This document shows positions 35,611 through 46,189 of a DNA stretch of 64,000 bases, in pieces. Every line of letters starts with the position of its first letter. Position 1 is the first letter of the stretch. The stretch spans positions 650 to 64,649 of the forward strand of contig CAXHDG010000011.1 of NCBI GenBank assembly GCA_964015495.1, written 5' to 3'. Origin of the DNA: an uncultured Magnetococcales bacterium. Its GTDB lineage: Bacteria; Pseudomonadota; Alphaproteobacteria; UBA2136; JAPKEQ01. A model generated the notes under the pieces. The model was not told where the DNA came from, made no database searches, and saw only the letters and a program-made list of their open reading frames with translations. The position numbers and the translations under genes were made by a program.

Positions 35611-35683
35611 TTGTCCATCCCTAACGTTATTATTTTTGCTCCCTTAGCAAAAGTGTACCCCTACACCTTAAGTAAAGAAAAGG

Positions 35684-36142
35684 CTAATCCTCTTCTGTAC
35701 GTTTCTTTATGGCCTCGGTCGCAAGTGTGTCAGCTTTTTCGTTGCCGGGGTTGCCTGCATGGCCTTTTACCCACTCCCAATCTAGCGTGTGACGTTGCAT
35801 GGCTTCGTCTAGCATTTCCCACAGGTCTCGGTTTTCAACGGGCTTTTTAGCCGCATTTTTCCATTGGCGCTTTTTCCAGCCTTCCATCCACTCAGTTGCG
35901 CCTTTGAGCACATAAGTAGAATCCGTAAAGATAGTCACGTGACATGGCTTTTTCAGCGCATTAAGAGCTTCAATAACAGCGGTGAGTTCCATGCGGTTGT
36001 TTGTGGTGTGCTCTTCGTGGCCGCTCATTTCGCGCTCATGGTCGCCGTAAATCATATATGCGCCCCAGCCGCCTGGGCCTGGGTTACCGCTACATGCGCC
36101 ATCTGTATAGATATGAATGTTTTGTGAATCTGTTTTTTTCAT
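35684..36142 (-). CDS. rnhA: Ribonuclease HI
   Basis: [30 protein letters not shown]. 152 aa. Confidence 0.9.
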   Translation of the reverse strand: MKKTDSQNIHIYTDGACSGNPGPGGWGAYMIYGDHEREMSGHEEHTTNNRMELTAVIEALNALKKPCHVTIFTDSTYVLKGATEWMEGWKKRQWKNAAKKPVENRDLWEMLDEAMQRHTLDWEWVKGHAGNPGNEKADTLATEAIKKRTEED

Positions 36143-36281
36143 GGCCGTATCATGGGAGAAAGAGGGGGAAAAATCAATCAGAGATGTATAAACAGCCTTT
36201 TTAATTGACTATATATTAGTCAGTCATGTATACGATTCATAAGTGTAATCTTTAACATTTTTGACTTCTAAAGGGATACCT

Positions 36282-36815
36282 ATGAAGAAAGCTCTCAATC
36301 GTCTGTTTAATATGAAAGACAGGCAGAAAAAATATAAAGTGGCACCGTTGCCGTACCCATACCCCCATAAAGGGTTTTGGATTGCCGCTTGGTTTGGCTC
36401 TGGACATTTGCCGCTTTCTGGCACGGCAGGCACGGTGGCCAGCTTGCCTTTTATTTGGCTGATTTACACTTTTTTGGGTGTGTGGCCTTTGGTGGTATTT
36501 ACACTGCTGAGCCTTATGGTTGGCGTATGGGCTTGCCGCGTGGTGGAAGATCACACTGGCGCTCATGATCACAAAAGCGTGGTGATTGATGAAGTGTTTG
36601 GCATGGCTATGGTTATCTGCACCTTCCCATGGTTTGGCCTTGGGGAAGCATGGCACTGGCTACTGGCTTTTGTGCTGTTTCGCTTTTTTGACATGCTCAA
36701 GCCGCCGCCTATTAGCTGGATGGATAGCAAATTTGAAGGCCCTTGGGGCGTCATGCTGGATGACGGCGTTGCCGCACTTTTTGCCATAGCTGTGCTTTGG
36801 TTTATGTTTGGTTAA
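36282..36815 (+). CDS. pgpA: Phosphatidylglycerophosphatase A
   Basis: WFGSGHLPLSGTAGTVASLPF and VVIDEVFGM motifs of PgpA. RBS aaaggga. Confidence 0.8.
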   Translation: MKKALNRLFNMKDRQKKYKVAPLPYPYPHKGFWIAAWFGSGHLPLSGTAGTVASLPFIWLIYTFLGVWPLVVFTLLSLMVGVWACRVVEDHTGAHDHKSVVIDEVFGMAMVICTFPWFGLGEAWHWLLAFVLFRFFDMLKPPPISWMDSKFEGPWGVMLDDGVAALFAIAVLWFMFG

Positions 36816-36825
36816 TCGAGTTATA

Positions 36826-36853
36826 AAAACAGCCCTTCGGGGCTGTTTTTTTC
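36826..36853 (+). terminator. Rho-independent terminator
   Basis: aacagccc-ttcg-gggctgttttttt. The same stem with different loops recurs at 37244-37270, 37640-37665, 47021-47049 and 31683-31705. Confidence 0.75.
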
Positions 36854-36934
36854 TTGTGAGTTAGGCGTCCTTGTGAGATAAGCACACCGCACATTTATCT
36901 TCTGTCCTTTTTTTTTGCGTATGGAGTATCCACT

Positions 36935-37231
36935 ATGCTGAGCTTTTTTATTGTTTCTTTGGCCTTTTTTTTGGCCACGCTGGCTGCAAGCCTTACTATG
37001 GAAAAGGTGTACTTGAACCTTTTTCCTGATATGCCGCTCCTCTCCCAAAGGGTGTGGAAATTTGTTACGTTTCTTGTCTTTGCTATATTTGCCGCATCGG
37101 CATCTGCTGGATATAGCGAAAACCTTTCTCCTGCGGGGGATTTGATTGCTATTGTGACAGGTATTGTTTTGGCTTTGCTTATAGGCGAATTTGCCTTTAA
37201 TACAACAAGCGAAGAGAAAGACACTCTTTAA
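36935..37231 (+). CDS. Small membrane protein (98 aa)
   Basis: Three TM-like helices, followed by a terminator. Confidence 0.4.
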   Translation: MLSFFIVSLAFFLATLAASLTMEKVYLNLFPDMPLLSQRVWKFVTFLVFAIFAASASAGYSENLSPAGDLIAIVTGIVLALLIGEFAFNTTSEEKDTL

Positions 37232-37383
37232 CAGAACCGAAAAGAAAACAGCCCTTTATGGGCTGTTTTTCTCATATAAACTGATATTTTTATAGGTTTA
37301 GCTTGAAAGGTAACTCAAGCCTTACTATAACGGAGTTAACAAATCATCTTCTATTCTTTTTTCTGTCTTGAAGGGAGCCTGTT

Positions 37384-37650
37384 ATGGCTATACTTGCCTT
37401 TGTTGCATTTTTTGCAGCAGGTGCCCTTGCACAGGGCATTGAAATTGGAATCGTACATATCTTTAACATCAAGCATAGAGTTTTGGCTTTTGCGCTGGGT
37501 TATGTTTTGTGTATTCCAACCTATGCCTTAGCAGCGTTTTTGCTAGGCGGGCTGCCCCATTATATTATTGTTATTATAGGGGGCGGGCTTGGCTACTTTG
37601 GCCTTGGGGTTAGCCTTTGGCTGATGAATCGAAATAAAAAACAGCCCTGA
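37384..37650 (+). CDS. Small membrane protein (88 aa)
   Basis: Three TM-like helices, followed by a terminator. Confidence 0.4.
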   Translation: MAILAFVAFFAAGALAQGIEIGIVHIFNIKHRVLAFALGYVLCIPTYALAAFLLGGLPHYIIVIIGGGLGYFGLGVSLWLMNRNKKQP

Positions 37651-37666
37651 TGGGCTGTTTTTACGT

Positions 37667-38620
37667 TTAAGCGTTATGGTTTTGCCAGTAGAGCAAGCGC
37701 TCTAGCCACGGGCCAACGGGCTTCGCATCAATGACCTTTTGCGGTTTACCAAGCAGCGGATTACGTAGGCGCATCACCACAAAAATAAGGGCAGCAAACT
37801 CAAGCAGGAGCGGCCATTCTTCTTTCCATAAATCATAAGGCAACATGCTCAGTACGCGGTATGTGTCTTCTAGGGCATCCATAAAAATTACATGTGGTTC
37901 ACCTGCGTCATTATCCCAGCACCAAGCATTAGCAACAATGGCAAGGTCAAGTAAGCAAGGCAGGGGGCAGGCCATCCACCAATCAATAACGCCGGTAAGC
38001 GTTGTGCCGTTAGAGAAAAGTGTATTATCTGGGAAGAGGTCCGCATGGCAAATGGCCGTTGGAGATTTAAACGTGGCATTTTTTATTTTAGCGAGAGAGA
38101 CTTTTGCCGCTGCAATAGCTTCTTTTTCAGTGCTGCCAGAGGATTCAATCTTTTTAATATACTCTTCCATTGCTAGAGGGCGGTACTCATGAGACAAGCT
38201 CATCATATCTTCTGGCACAGGTACGCAGTGCTGCATAGCAAGGTGAGTCGCTAGCGCACGTACGTGCTCTTTTTGAATGTCATCTTCTGTAATATGGTGG
38301 CCAATAAGTTTAGGCTGAAGTACGGCAAGCTCGCCGTCAATCGTATTGAGGTAAGCACCATCTGCCGCAGGCACAATAGCGGGCACGGCAAGGCCGTTCA
38401 GCGCAAGGAAGGGCAAAATATGCGTGCGCGGTTCAATATCCTGCGCAGTTTGTCCTTCTGCAAATAGGGTAAGCACAAACTCTCCCTCGCTTGTAAGAAG
38501 CAAATAGTTTGAGTTTTCACTGCCCTCAGCAATGGGGGCAATAGAGTTTACCGTAAGGCTGTAGAGCATCTCTACTTCTGCCTTAATTTTGGTATCTAAA
38601 ATGTTATGTATTACAGCCAT
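37667..38620 (-). CDS. thrB: APH-family phosphotransferase, probably homoserine kinase type II
   Basis: 317 aa with the aminoglycoside-phosphotransferase fold pattern (HADLFPDN catalytic loop, VIDW). This is the form of ThrB common in alphaproteobacteria. Confidence 0.55.
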   Translation of the reverse strand: MAVIHNILDTKIKAEVEMLYSLTVNSIAPIAEGSENSNYLLLTSEGEFVLTLFAEGQTAQDIEPRTHILPFLALNGLAVPAIVPAADGAYLNTIDGELAVLQPKLIGHHITEDDIQKEHVRALATHLAMQHCVPVPEDMMSLSHEYRPLAMEEYIKKIESSGSTEKEAIAAAKVSLAKIKNATFKSPTAICHADLFPDNTLFSNGTTLTGVIDWWMACPLPCLLDLAIVANAWCWDNDAGEPHVIFMDALEDTYRVLSMLPYDLWKEEWPLLLEFAALIFVVMRLRNPLLGKPQKVIDAKPVGPWLERLLYWQNHNA

Positions 38621-38771
38621 TGGATAACAATATCACAGGTGGGGCATTTTTGATGCAACTGTGCATCATTATAGACGGAGAGGCGCAGAAAAAAAGACCT
38701 CTACCATTGCCCTTTAGCAACACTGCGCTATACTTGGTGGATTATAGGGAAGGTGAGAGGAACAAATCACA

Positions 38772-40094
38772 ATGCAAAATACATATACGGTGGATGTTAA
38801 ACAGGATCGCTACGCGCTTTCTAAGCAGTTGTTTGATAGAGCTTTAAAGCTTATTCCTGGCGGTGTGAACTCTCCCGTACGGGCCTTTGGCGGCGTTGGC
38901 GGAACCCCCGTATTTATGGCTGGCGCAGATGGCGCGGCTCTTCAAGATATGGACGGCAACCAGTATGTAGATTATATCGGCAGTTGGGGACCTATGATTT
39001 TAGGCCATGCAGATGCGCGCGTGATTGAAGCTGTTAAAAATGTCATGGAAGTGGGAACCTCTTTTGGTGCACCAACAGACCGCGAAACAGCACTTGCTGA
39101 TTTTATTGCAGAGCGCCATACCTCTATTGAAAAAGTACGTTTAGTTAACTCTGGTACAGAAGCTACAATGAGCGCCATTCGTCTTGCGCGCGGCTATACA
39201 GGACGTGATAAAATTCTTAAATTTGCAGGCCATTACCATGGCCATGGAGATAGCCTTCTTGTAGAAGCAGGTAGCGGCCTTATTACGCATGGTTCACCTT
39301 CAAGCGCAGGCGTACCTAAAGCACTAGCAGAGCTCACTTGCGTTGCACCATTTAACGATGTTGCCGCTTTAGAAAAGGCTTTTTATGAACATGGGGAAGA
39401 CCTTGCTTGTGTGATTCTTGAACCTGTAGCAGGTAACATGGGCTGTATTCCTCCTAAAGAGGGCTACCTTAAAACGCTCCGTGAGCTTTGCACAAAGCAC
39501 GGTACGCTTCTTATTTTTGATGAAGTGATGACAGGGTTTAGACTCGATATGTCCAGCGCACAAGGGCTTCTTGGCATTGAGCCAGATCTATCATGCTTTG
39601 GTAAGGTGATTGGCGGCGGTCTTCCGCTTGCGGCATATGGCGGTAGATCTGAAATTATGGATAGGTTGAGCCCGATTGGAGATGTCTATCAAGCGGGCAC
39701 GCTTTCAGGTAATCCGCTTGCTGTTTCAGCGGGTATTGCCACCGTGGCGCAACTTACACCTGAAGTTTATGCAAAACTTGAAGTTACAGGTGCTAAGCTT
39801 CAGAAAGGAAGCGAAGAAATATTTTCAGATGTGGGGATTCCCATTCGCACACACCGCGTAGGAAGCATGTTTAGTATCTACTTTAGCGAAGAGCTACCAT
39901 ACACATTTGAGGACGTTCAAAATACAGATATTGAGATGTTTAAAAAATTCTTCCATGCCATGCTAGATGAAGGTGTTTACCTGCCGCCATCTGCGTATGA
40001 GACTTGGTTCTTTGGCACCTGTCATGATGACACTATTTTAGATATGACATTTACAGCCATGCGCCGTGCGGCCATGAAAATTAAAAACACGTAA
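38772..40094 (+). CDS. hemL: Glutamate-1-semialdehyde 2,1-aminomutase
   Basis: IPGGVNSPVRAF, FDEVMTGFR and the PLP-lysine region GKVIGGGLP. 440 aa. Confidence 0.9.
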   Translation: MQNTYTVDVKQDRYALSKQLFDRALKLIPGGVNSPVRAFGGVGGTPVFMAGADGAALQDMDGNQYVDYIGSWGPMILGHADARVIEAVKNVMEVGTSFGAPTDRETALADFIAERHTSIEKVRLVNSGTEATMSAIRLARGYTGRDKILKFAGHYHGHGDSLLVEAGSGLITHGSPSSAGVPKALAELTCVAPFNDVAALEKAFYEHGEDLACVILEPVAGNMGCIPPKEGYLKTLRELCTKHGTLLIFDEVMTGFRLDMSSAQGLLGIEPDLSCFGKVIGGGLPLAAYGGRSEIMDRLSPIGDVYQAGTLSGNPLAVSAGIATVAQLTPEVYAKLEVTGAKLQKGSEEIFSDVGIPIRTHRVGSMFSIYFSEELPYTFEDVQNTDIEMFKKFFHAMLDEGVYLPPSAYETWFFGTCHDDTILDMTFTAMRRAAMKIKNT

Positions 40095-40111
40095 GGGAAA
40101 CAGGGGCGCTT

Positions 40112-41071
40112 ATGATTGATACTGGGGATATCTATGCAGGTTTAGAACTGGGCACGTCAACGGCGCGTCTTGTTATTGGTCATGTGAGCCACGATGGCGT
40201 TGTTGATGTACGTTTTGAGGATTCTTACGTACACGGCCTCGCAGGTGACCTTGTGCACGGCACACGTTTTGATGAGCAGCATGTGGATGATCTTGCCCAT
40301 TGGATGGGGTATGCACAGCGCACAATGGTCACTTACGGCGTTAAGCGCGCAAGGGTTGCGGCAACATCTGTCATTGGGCATTCAGAAGGCGCACAGGATT
40401 TACTCGAAGCGCTTAAAATGGAATCAGGTTTAAATATTCATCAGCTTGGCCATATGGAAGAAGTTGAAATTGCCCTTAAAGGGAACCGGAAACTGATTGA
40501 TCCTGCAGCTGATTTGACTGTATTTGTGGAATCTGGGGCAGGGAGTAATGAGTTTGCACTCCTAGAAAAAGGCGGTCAGGTAAGAGAGATGCGCGGCTTT
40601 AAGTTTGGCGCAGCCACTTACGCGGACCTCTTTGAGCAGGACTTCATTGAGCCTTCAGAAATTGAAAAACTAGAAAAAGAAATTCGTTCTACTTTAGAAG
40701 AAGAGCTGAGCGAGTGGCAAAGCCAGTTTACTAAAAAAACCTCTCTGCTTATTGCCGGTGCGCCAATGTTTGTGATTCGCTACCTGACCAAAACAGAGCT
40801 GGAACAAATGGTGAGCCTAGAAGGCCGCTGGACAACCAAAGAAGACATTGAAAATGTGTTTGAGCGCTACGTTGACCTTGGCCCTGACCGCCGCCGTGAC
40901 CATAACTATATTTATGAAAAAAGCGCGCACCTTGTAACCCCAGCCGCACTTATTATGAAAGTGATTATTGATATTGTTGGCGTAGAAGGCTTTACACTCG
41001 GCGCTGGTGGCCTTGGGCGCGGATTACTCCTCAGTGCAGCCTCTGGCGAAGGCGTAGGGCTTGCAGCTTAG
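40112..41071 (+). CDS. Ppx/GppA-family phosphatase (exopolyphosphatase / guanosine pentaphosphatase N-terminal domains)
   Basis: YAGLELGTSTARLVIG (actin-like ATPase phosphate-1 motif). ~320 aa. Confidence 0.55.
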   Translation: MIDTGDIYAGLELGTSTARLVIGHVSHDGVVDVRFEDSYVHGLAGDLVHGTRFDEQHVDDLAHWMGYAQRTMVTYGVKRARVAATSVIGHSEGAQDLLEALKMESGLNIHQLGHMEEVEIALKGNRKLIDPAADLTVFVESGAGSNEFALLEKGGQVREMRGFKFGAATYADLFEQDFIEPSEIEKLEKEIRSTLEEELSEWQSQFTKKTSLLIAGAPMFVIRYLTKTELEQMVSLEGRWTTKEDIENVFERYVDLGPDRRRDHNYIYEKSAHLVTPAALIMKVIIDIVGVEGFTLGAGGLGRGLLLSAASGEGVGLAA

Positions 41072-41147
41072 GTCAACCTTCCCTATATAGTTAATATCAC
41101 AGAAGTATTCCGCTAAAAATGCGATACATCGCAAAGAGAGAGAACCT

Positions 41148-41807
41148 ATGAAAAAACCTGTTAAAAAAGGTGCCTGGATTGGCAAGAAAAATGTCAGTGT
41201 ATCGTCTCGTCGTTACCTAGATCGTCAAGAAAGTGATCATTACGTGACGGCTGCCCGCAAGCTTGGCTATCGCTCTCGCGCTGTATTTAAATTGCTTGAA
41301 GCTGATGAAAAGTATGGCCTGCTTAAGCCTGGACAAATGATTATTGACCTTGGCGCTGCACCAGGAAGCTGGAGCCAAGCGGCTGCACAACGCGTATCAC
41401 CAGGCGGACAAATTTTTTCACTAGATAAAATTCCAGTAGACCGGGTAGAAGGCATGACCTTTCTTCAAGGAGACTTTACAAAAGATGAAATTTACGAAGA
41501 GTTTCTTGAAATGTGCCCGAAGGGCGTAGACGGCGTACTGAGTGATATTGCGCCAGAAACATCAGGCCATGGCGGGCAGGATCATCTTAAAATTATGATG
41601 CTTGCAGAAATGGCGCTGGATTTTGCGCTTAAAACAATGCGCCCTGGGGCTTGGTTTTACTGTAAACTTTTCCAAGGCGGAGAAGAGGCGGCCTTTAGAG
41701 ACAGCCTGAGAGAACATTTTCAAACTGTACGTTTCTTTAAGCCAGAAGCCAGCCGTAAGGATTCAAAAGAGATTTTTATATTTGCGCAAAACTTTCAGCC
41801 GAAGTAA
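41148..41807 (+). CDS. rlmE: 23S rRNA (uridine-2'-O)-methyltransferase RlmE (FtsJ)
   Basis: YRSRAVFKLLE, DLGAAPGSWSQ and DGVLSDIAP motifs. Confidence 0.85.
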   Translation: MKKPVKKGAWIGKKNVSVSSRRYLDRQESDHYVTAARKLGYRSRAVFKLLEADEKYGLLKPGQMIIDLGAAPGSWSQAAAQRVSPGGQIFSLDKIPVDRVEGMTFLQGDFTKDEIYEEFLEMCPKGVDGVLSDIAPETSGHGGQDHLKIMMLAEMALDFALKTMRPGAWFYCKLFQGGEEAAFRDSLREHFQTVRFFKPEASRKDSKEIFIFAQNFQPK

Positions 41808-41875
41808 AGCGCGGCTCTCTATCTTTAAATTTAGAAATGTAAAATTTCAAAATTTAAATCTACCGCCGTGTATTT

Positions 41876-41990
41876 TCTTGGCAAAAAAGGCTTTTAGCCT
41901 TTTGGTCTTGCCAGCAATCCCAAAAGATTTCTTTTTTGCCGCCGCAGCCCCTTAGATCTGCGGCTCAGCTATTCGCTTCGCATGCGATTA
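41876..41990. repeat. Intergenic mosaic repeat element, copy B
   Basis: tcttggcaaaaaaggcttttagccttttggtcttgccagcaatcccaaaagatttcttttttgccgccgcagccccttagatctgcggc. Shares flanks with copy C: aaatgtaaaatttcaaaat upstream, aaatataaa.aaagc and acatgcgaag downstream. Confidence 0.7.
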
Positions 41991-42215
41991 TGAAGCATCG
42001 AGTGGTTGGAGGGCCCCCACTAAAATATAAATAAAGCGCTCATAGAAACCTTATGCAGTATGTGCAAGGCGCTTATGCAAACATGCGAAGTTTAGAGAGC
42101 ATCTAGCCACAAAATACTTTCAAAGAGCCTGCATATCATGTTAAAACTTTCTACAGGTTTAAAAACTAAGAAAAAGCCTATTCAAACAAGGCTATTAATA
42201 AAGGGGCAAATACCT

Positions 42216-42860
42216 ATGACAAATGAATTCCTTCGTGAAGTTGATGAACACATGCATGCAGAGCGCATGGAAACTTTGTGGAAAAAGCATAAGCTTCACA
42301 TTTTTGGTGCTGTAGGTCTTTTATTTGCTAGTGTAATCGGTGTTAAGGGCTACTCAAACTACACAGAAGTTCAGCTTCAAAAAGAAGCAGCAACTTACTG
42401 GCAGAGTGTATCTGGCACAGAGCTCAACACAGAATCTCTAAAAAGCCTTGAAGAAACATCTGCAAGTGGTTTTGGTATGCTTGCGAGCTTTAAGCTTGGC
42501 GAAGAAGCGCTAAATGCAGGTGACTATGAAACAGCAGCAGGCGTATTTGCGAGCATTCAAGGTAAGGGCCTCCCTCAAGAATTTAAAGAACTTGCTAAAT
42601 TTTACGAAGCAACAGCAACGCGTTACACAAACATTCCTGCAGCGCAGGCGCTTTACGTTGAGCTAAGCGCCGTGGGTGGCACATACCGTGTAAGCTCACT
42701 TGAAGCACTTGCTGATATTGCGATGACAGAAGGAAAAACGTCTGAAGCGTTTGATTACTTCCAAGCGATTGTAAACAGTGGAGACGATCTGGCTTCTCCC
42801 AATGCACTTCAGCGCGCGACTACGCAGCTGACAATTCTACGTGAAGAAGCAGGGCTATAA
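42216..42860 (+). CDS. YfgM-like membrane-anchored TPR protein (ancillary SecYEG subunit family)
   Basis: N-terminal W..HK...F TM anchor followed by a TPR-like region. Conserved position upstream of bamB-der. RBS aaagggg. Confidence 0.55.
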   Translation: MTNEFLREVDEHMHAERMETLWKKHKLHIFGAVGLLFASVIGVKGYSNYTEVQLQKEAATYWQSVSGTELNTESLKSLEETSASGFGMLASFKLGEEALNAGDYETAAGVFASIQGKGLPQEFKELAKFYEATATRYTNIPAAQALYVELSAVGGTYRVSSLEALADIAMTEGKTSEAFDYFQAIVNSGDDLASPNALQRATTQLTILREEAGL

Positions 42861-42864
42861 TTTT

Positions 42865-44175
42865 ATGTTGAACTTAAAAAAATCTTTTGCTTTAAGCGTA
42901 TGCCTTTTGGCTCTAACTGCTTGTGGCGGTGATAAAACACCGCCTTTGCAGGGGGAGCGCGTAGACGTTCTTGTAAGCAGTAGTGATCTTGTACCTGATA
43001 CAGATCTTTACAATGTACCGCTTCTTTTGCCGGAGCAAATTCCTCTGCAAACATGGGCACAGGTTGGTGGTTTTTCTCATCACCGTCCAACGCACGTGGC
43101 ATTGCCAGAACATGTTGAAGAAGCATGGCGTGAGCGTATTGGCTGCGGCATGGTAAAAACAGGTCTTATTTTAAACCCACCAGTTGTTTACGCAGAAACT
43201 GTTTATGCGATGAATAGCTGCGGAGAAGTGATTGCCCTGAATGCAAAAACAGGTAAAAAGATCTGGAAAGAAAAACTAGAAATTCGTGAGAAAGAGCTGG
43301 AAAGCTACAGCGGCGGACTTGCTGTGAACAACACACATGTGTACATCACAACAGGCAGCGGCGATGTTTTTGCTCTTAACGCTAAAACGGGTGAGCTTGC
43401 CTGGAAAGAAAACCTAGGTATGCCCCTTCGTGCGTCTCCTGCGCTTCAAGGCGATCATGTTTACGTGGTTAGCCATAACAACCGTTTATTTGCACTGGAT
43501 AAGAACACAGGTAAAACAATCTGGCTTCATTCTGGCCTAGAAGAAGCGCTTGCGCTTATGGGCGGCGCGCCTCCTGCTGTAGATGAAGATGTTTCTATTG
43601 TGCCTTATTCTAGCGGTGAAATTTACGCATTGAACTCAAAAAATGGCCGTTACCTATGGCACAACGCTTTATCATCAGATAACAGCTTTGACCCACTTGC
43701 TAACCTTGTAGACATTGAAGGTACGCCTGTTATTGCAAGCGGCATGGTACATGTTGTAAATAATAATGGCTGGCTCAGTGTATTTGACCTCAAATCAGGA
43801 CGTAGATACTGGGAGCGCAAACTCAGCGCTGTTCAAATGCCTTGGGTTGCTGGTAATGCAATTTTCATCGTGACATCTGATAATAAACTTGTAAACGTAC
43901 ACCGCATTGACGGGCGTGTGCGCTGGGTACGTGAGCTGACTTCGCTTGTACCAAAAGGTGCACGCGAACAAACAGACTTCTGGAGCGGGCCTCTCTTTGC
44001 TGGCGGACGTTTGATTGTTGTATCTAACAACGGTTACGCTGTTTCGGTTAACCCAAAAAGCGGAGAACCTGTACGTATCTCAAATCTTAAAGAGCAAATC
44101 AGCCTTGCGCCAATTGCAGCTGGTGGGACGCTTTACTTTATGAGTGATGACGCAGAGATTATTGCTTATAGATAG
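42865..44175 (+). CDS. bamB: Outer-membrane assembly lipoprotein BamB (PQQ beta-propeller repeats)
   Basis: Lipobox LALTACGG. Repeated beta-propeller blades (ALNAKTG..W, ALDKNTGK.IW, ALNSKNGR.LW). Synteny yfgM-bamB-der. Confidence 0.8.
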   Translation: MLNLKKSFALSVCLLALTACGGDKTPPLQGERVDVLVSSSDLVPDTDLYNVPLLLPEQIPLQTWAQVGGFSHHRPTHVALPEHVEEAWRERIGCGMVKTGLILNPPVVYAETVYAMNSCGEVIALNAKTGKKIWKEKLEIREKELESYSGGLAVNNTHVYITTGSGDVFALNAKTGELAWKENLGMPLRASPALQGDHVYVVSHNNRLFALDKNTGKTIWLHSGLEEALALMGGAPPAVDEDVSIVPYSSGEIYALNSKNGRYLWHNALSSDNSFDPLANLVDIEGTPVIASGMVHVVNNNGWLSVFDLKSGRRYWERKLSAVQMPWVAGNAIFIVTSDNKLVNVHRIDGRVRWVRELTSLVPKGAREQTDFWSGPLFAGGRLIVVSNNGYAVSVNPKSGEPVRISNLKEQISLAPIAAGGTLYFMSDDAEIIAYR

Positions 44176-44291
44176 TGAAACTGCTTGCCTTAAAACGGTC
44201 GCATATGCGGCCGTTTTTTTTAATTTCCTGCTCTTGGTCTTTGCATTTTAAAAATGTAAAATTTTCAAAATAAAATCCCCCGCAGGTATTG

Positions 44292-44410
44292 TCTTGGTGC
44301 AAAAGTTTCTTTGAATTTTAGTACTGCCAGCAGTCCTATAATAAACTCTTTTGCGCCGCCAAAACCTCTTAAGGTTTTGGGTCGCTTTGCTCCCGCTCGT
44401 GTAGGCCACA
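44292..44410. repeat. Intergenic mosaic repeat element, copy C (diverged, with compensatory changes)
   Basis: tcttggtgcaaaag...cttttgcgccgccaaaacctcttaaggttttgggtcgc...tgctcccgctcgt. The ggtgcaaaag/cttttgcgcc pairing replaces ggcaaaaaag/cttttttgcc of copies A and B. Confidence 0.65.
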
Positions 44411-44733
44411 GCTTCGATGCCTCTTCATGCCTCGCATCCTAATAGGCCAGTACCTCTTTAGTTTCATAGGTGCATGCGAGAACGGTTAGTGCGAGCCGCA
44501 GACCTAATGGGCTGCGATGCTTGGCCGCAGGGTAAGGCGACGCCCGAGTGACTAACGAGGCGGGCAAGCTAAATATAAAAAAAGCAGTTGTTGGCAGGCA
44601 CAGTATTTGTGCGCAAGATTTATAGGTAACATGCGAAGCTGTTGAAAAGCGCAACTTCACTCAAAACCTTCTTGCTCAACCCCTTATATTCCTGTATGTA
44701 TACACATGCAAAATAATTTAAAGAGAATACCTT

Positions 44734-46188
44734 ATGTTTACAATTGCCCTTGCAGGTCGTCCTAATGTTGGAAAATCAACACTATTTAACAAGCTGACAC
44801 GCCGTGTGCGTGCCATGGTTGCACCTGTACCGGGCGTAACGCGTGATAGCCGCGAAGGTTCTTGCAGTATTGCTGGCTTGCCTTGCACAATTGTAGATAC
44901 AGCTGGCCTTGAAGGTCGTGCAACAGGTATTGCGGGCGATATGAACAAAATTGCAGAAAGAGCAGCCGAAGGCGCTGATGTGATTCTTTTCATGATTGAT
45001 GGTAGAGAAGGGCTAACAGCGGAAGATGAGTACGTTGCAGGGCTTTTACGTAAACTTAAAAAACCAGTACTTCTTCTTGTAAACAAAGCAGATACACGTG
45101 ACGCACATGATAATGCAATGGAAGCCTGGAGCCTTGGTTTTGGGGAACCTGTAATGCTTGCTGCAGAGCACGCGATTGGCTTTGATGATATTGCTGATTT
45201 TGTTGAAAAGCACTACATCCCTGAAGAGGTTAAAATTGAGCCGATAGAAGTTGTAGAAGAAGCAGATAAAGCAAATGAAGCTCTTGGCGCGGATAACCGT
45301 GGCCCGAACGATATATCTTCTCTTAAGCTTGCTATTGTTGGCCGTCCAAACGCAGGTAAATCTACTCTCATTAACACAATTCTTGGTGATGAGCGTATGC
45401 TTGCTGGAGATATGGCCGGCCTTACGCGTGAAAGCGTAGGGACGCTTTATGAACTCGACGGTGGACGTATTATTGAGCTTGTAGATACGCCAGGGCTTCG
45501 TAAACGTGCAAAAATTACCGAGGAGCTAGAGCAGAAAAGTGCAGCAGATGCACTTGTAACAATTGGTAAAGCAGACGTTGTTGTACTGATGATTGACGCG
45601 CAACAACCACTTGAAAAACAAGATATTCAGATTGCTGAAAAAGTGACTAAAGATGGCCGTCCGCTTGTGGTGGTAATCAACAAATGGGACTTAATCAAAA
45701 ACGAAGAACGTCAAAAACTTAAAGAAGAGCTGATAGAAGATCTATTTTACGGCTTCCACCAAGTAAAAGAGCTTCCTTTCCTTACTATTTCTGCCCTTAA
45801 ACAAAAAGGCGTGGATAAGGTGCTGCCTCGCGTACTTCTTGCGGCAGAAATTTCTAAAAAACGTATTGGTACAGCTAAGCTGAACCGTACACTGGAAATG
45901 GCTCTTGAAGCCAACCCACCGCCACTACGTAGCGGTAAAATGCTCAAGCTAAAATTCATTAGCCAAGTTGCCATTGACCCTGCAACGTTTGTCATTTGGA
46001 TGAACCGCCCAGAGCTTATGCTGGCAAGTTATGAGCGTTACCTTAAAAACGTAATGCGTAAAGAGCTAGACCTTGGAAGCGTGCCGTTTAAGCTTATTTT
46101 CCGCGGAAACGTAAAGGCCAACCCTTATGCGAATAAGGCCAACCCTTACGCGCGCGGCCCAAGTAAAGCCAATAAGTCGCATAACTAG
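44734..46188 (+). CDS. der: Ribosome-biogenesis GTPase Der (EngA), tandem GTPase domains
   Basis: Two G-domains (GRPNVGKST...DTAG; GRPNAGKST...DTPG) plus a KH-like C-terminus. C-terminal low-complexity tail KANPYANKANPYA. Confidence 0.9.
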   Translation: MFTIALAGRPNVGKSTLFNKLTRRVRAMVAPVPGVTRDSREGSCSIAGLPCTIVDTAGLEGRATGIAGDMNKIAERAAEGADVILFMIDGREGLTAEDEYVAGLLRKLKKPVLLLVNKADTRDAHDNAMEAWSLGFGEPVMLAAEHAIGFDDIADFVEKHYIPEEVKIEPIEVVEEADKANEALGADNRGPNDISSLKLAIVGRPNAGKSTLINTILGDERMLAGDMAGLTRESVGTLYELDGGRIIELVDTPGLRKRAKITEELEQKSAADALVTIGKADVVVLMIDAQQPLEKQDIQIAEKVTKDGRPLVVVINKWDLIKNEERQKLKEELIEDLFYGFHQVKELPFLTISALKQKGVDKVLPRVLLAAEISKKRIGTAKLNRTLEMALEANPPPLRSGKMLKLKFISQVAIDPATFVIWMNRPELMLASYERYLKNVMRKELDLGSVPFKLIFRGNVKANPYANKANPYARGPSKANKSHN

Positions 46189-46189
46189 G

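Noticed and set aside
44400-44470. Possible tmRNA tag-like reading frame (…gcc tct tca tgc ctc gca tcc TAA TAG) inside repeat copy C
   Set aside because: The double stop is suggestive, but the encoded peptide (ASSCLAS) does not resemble alphaproteobacterial tags (ANDN…AA). No tRNA-like acceptor/T-arm (GGTTCGA…CCA) is nearby. Treated as part of the repeat element.
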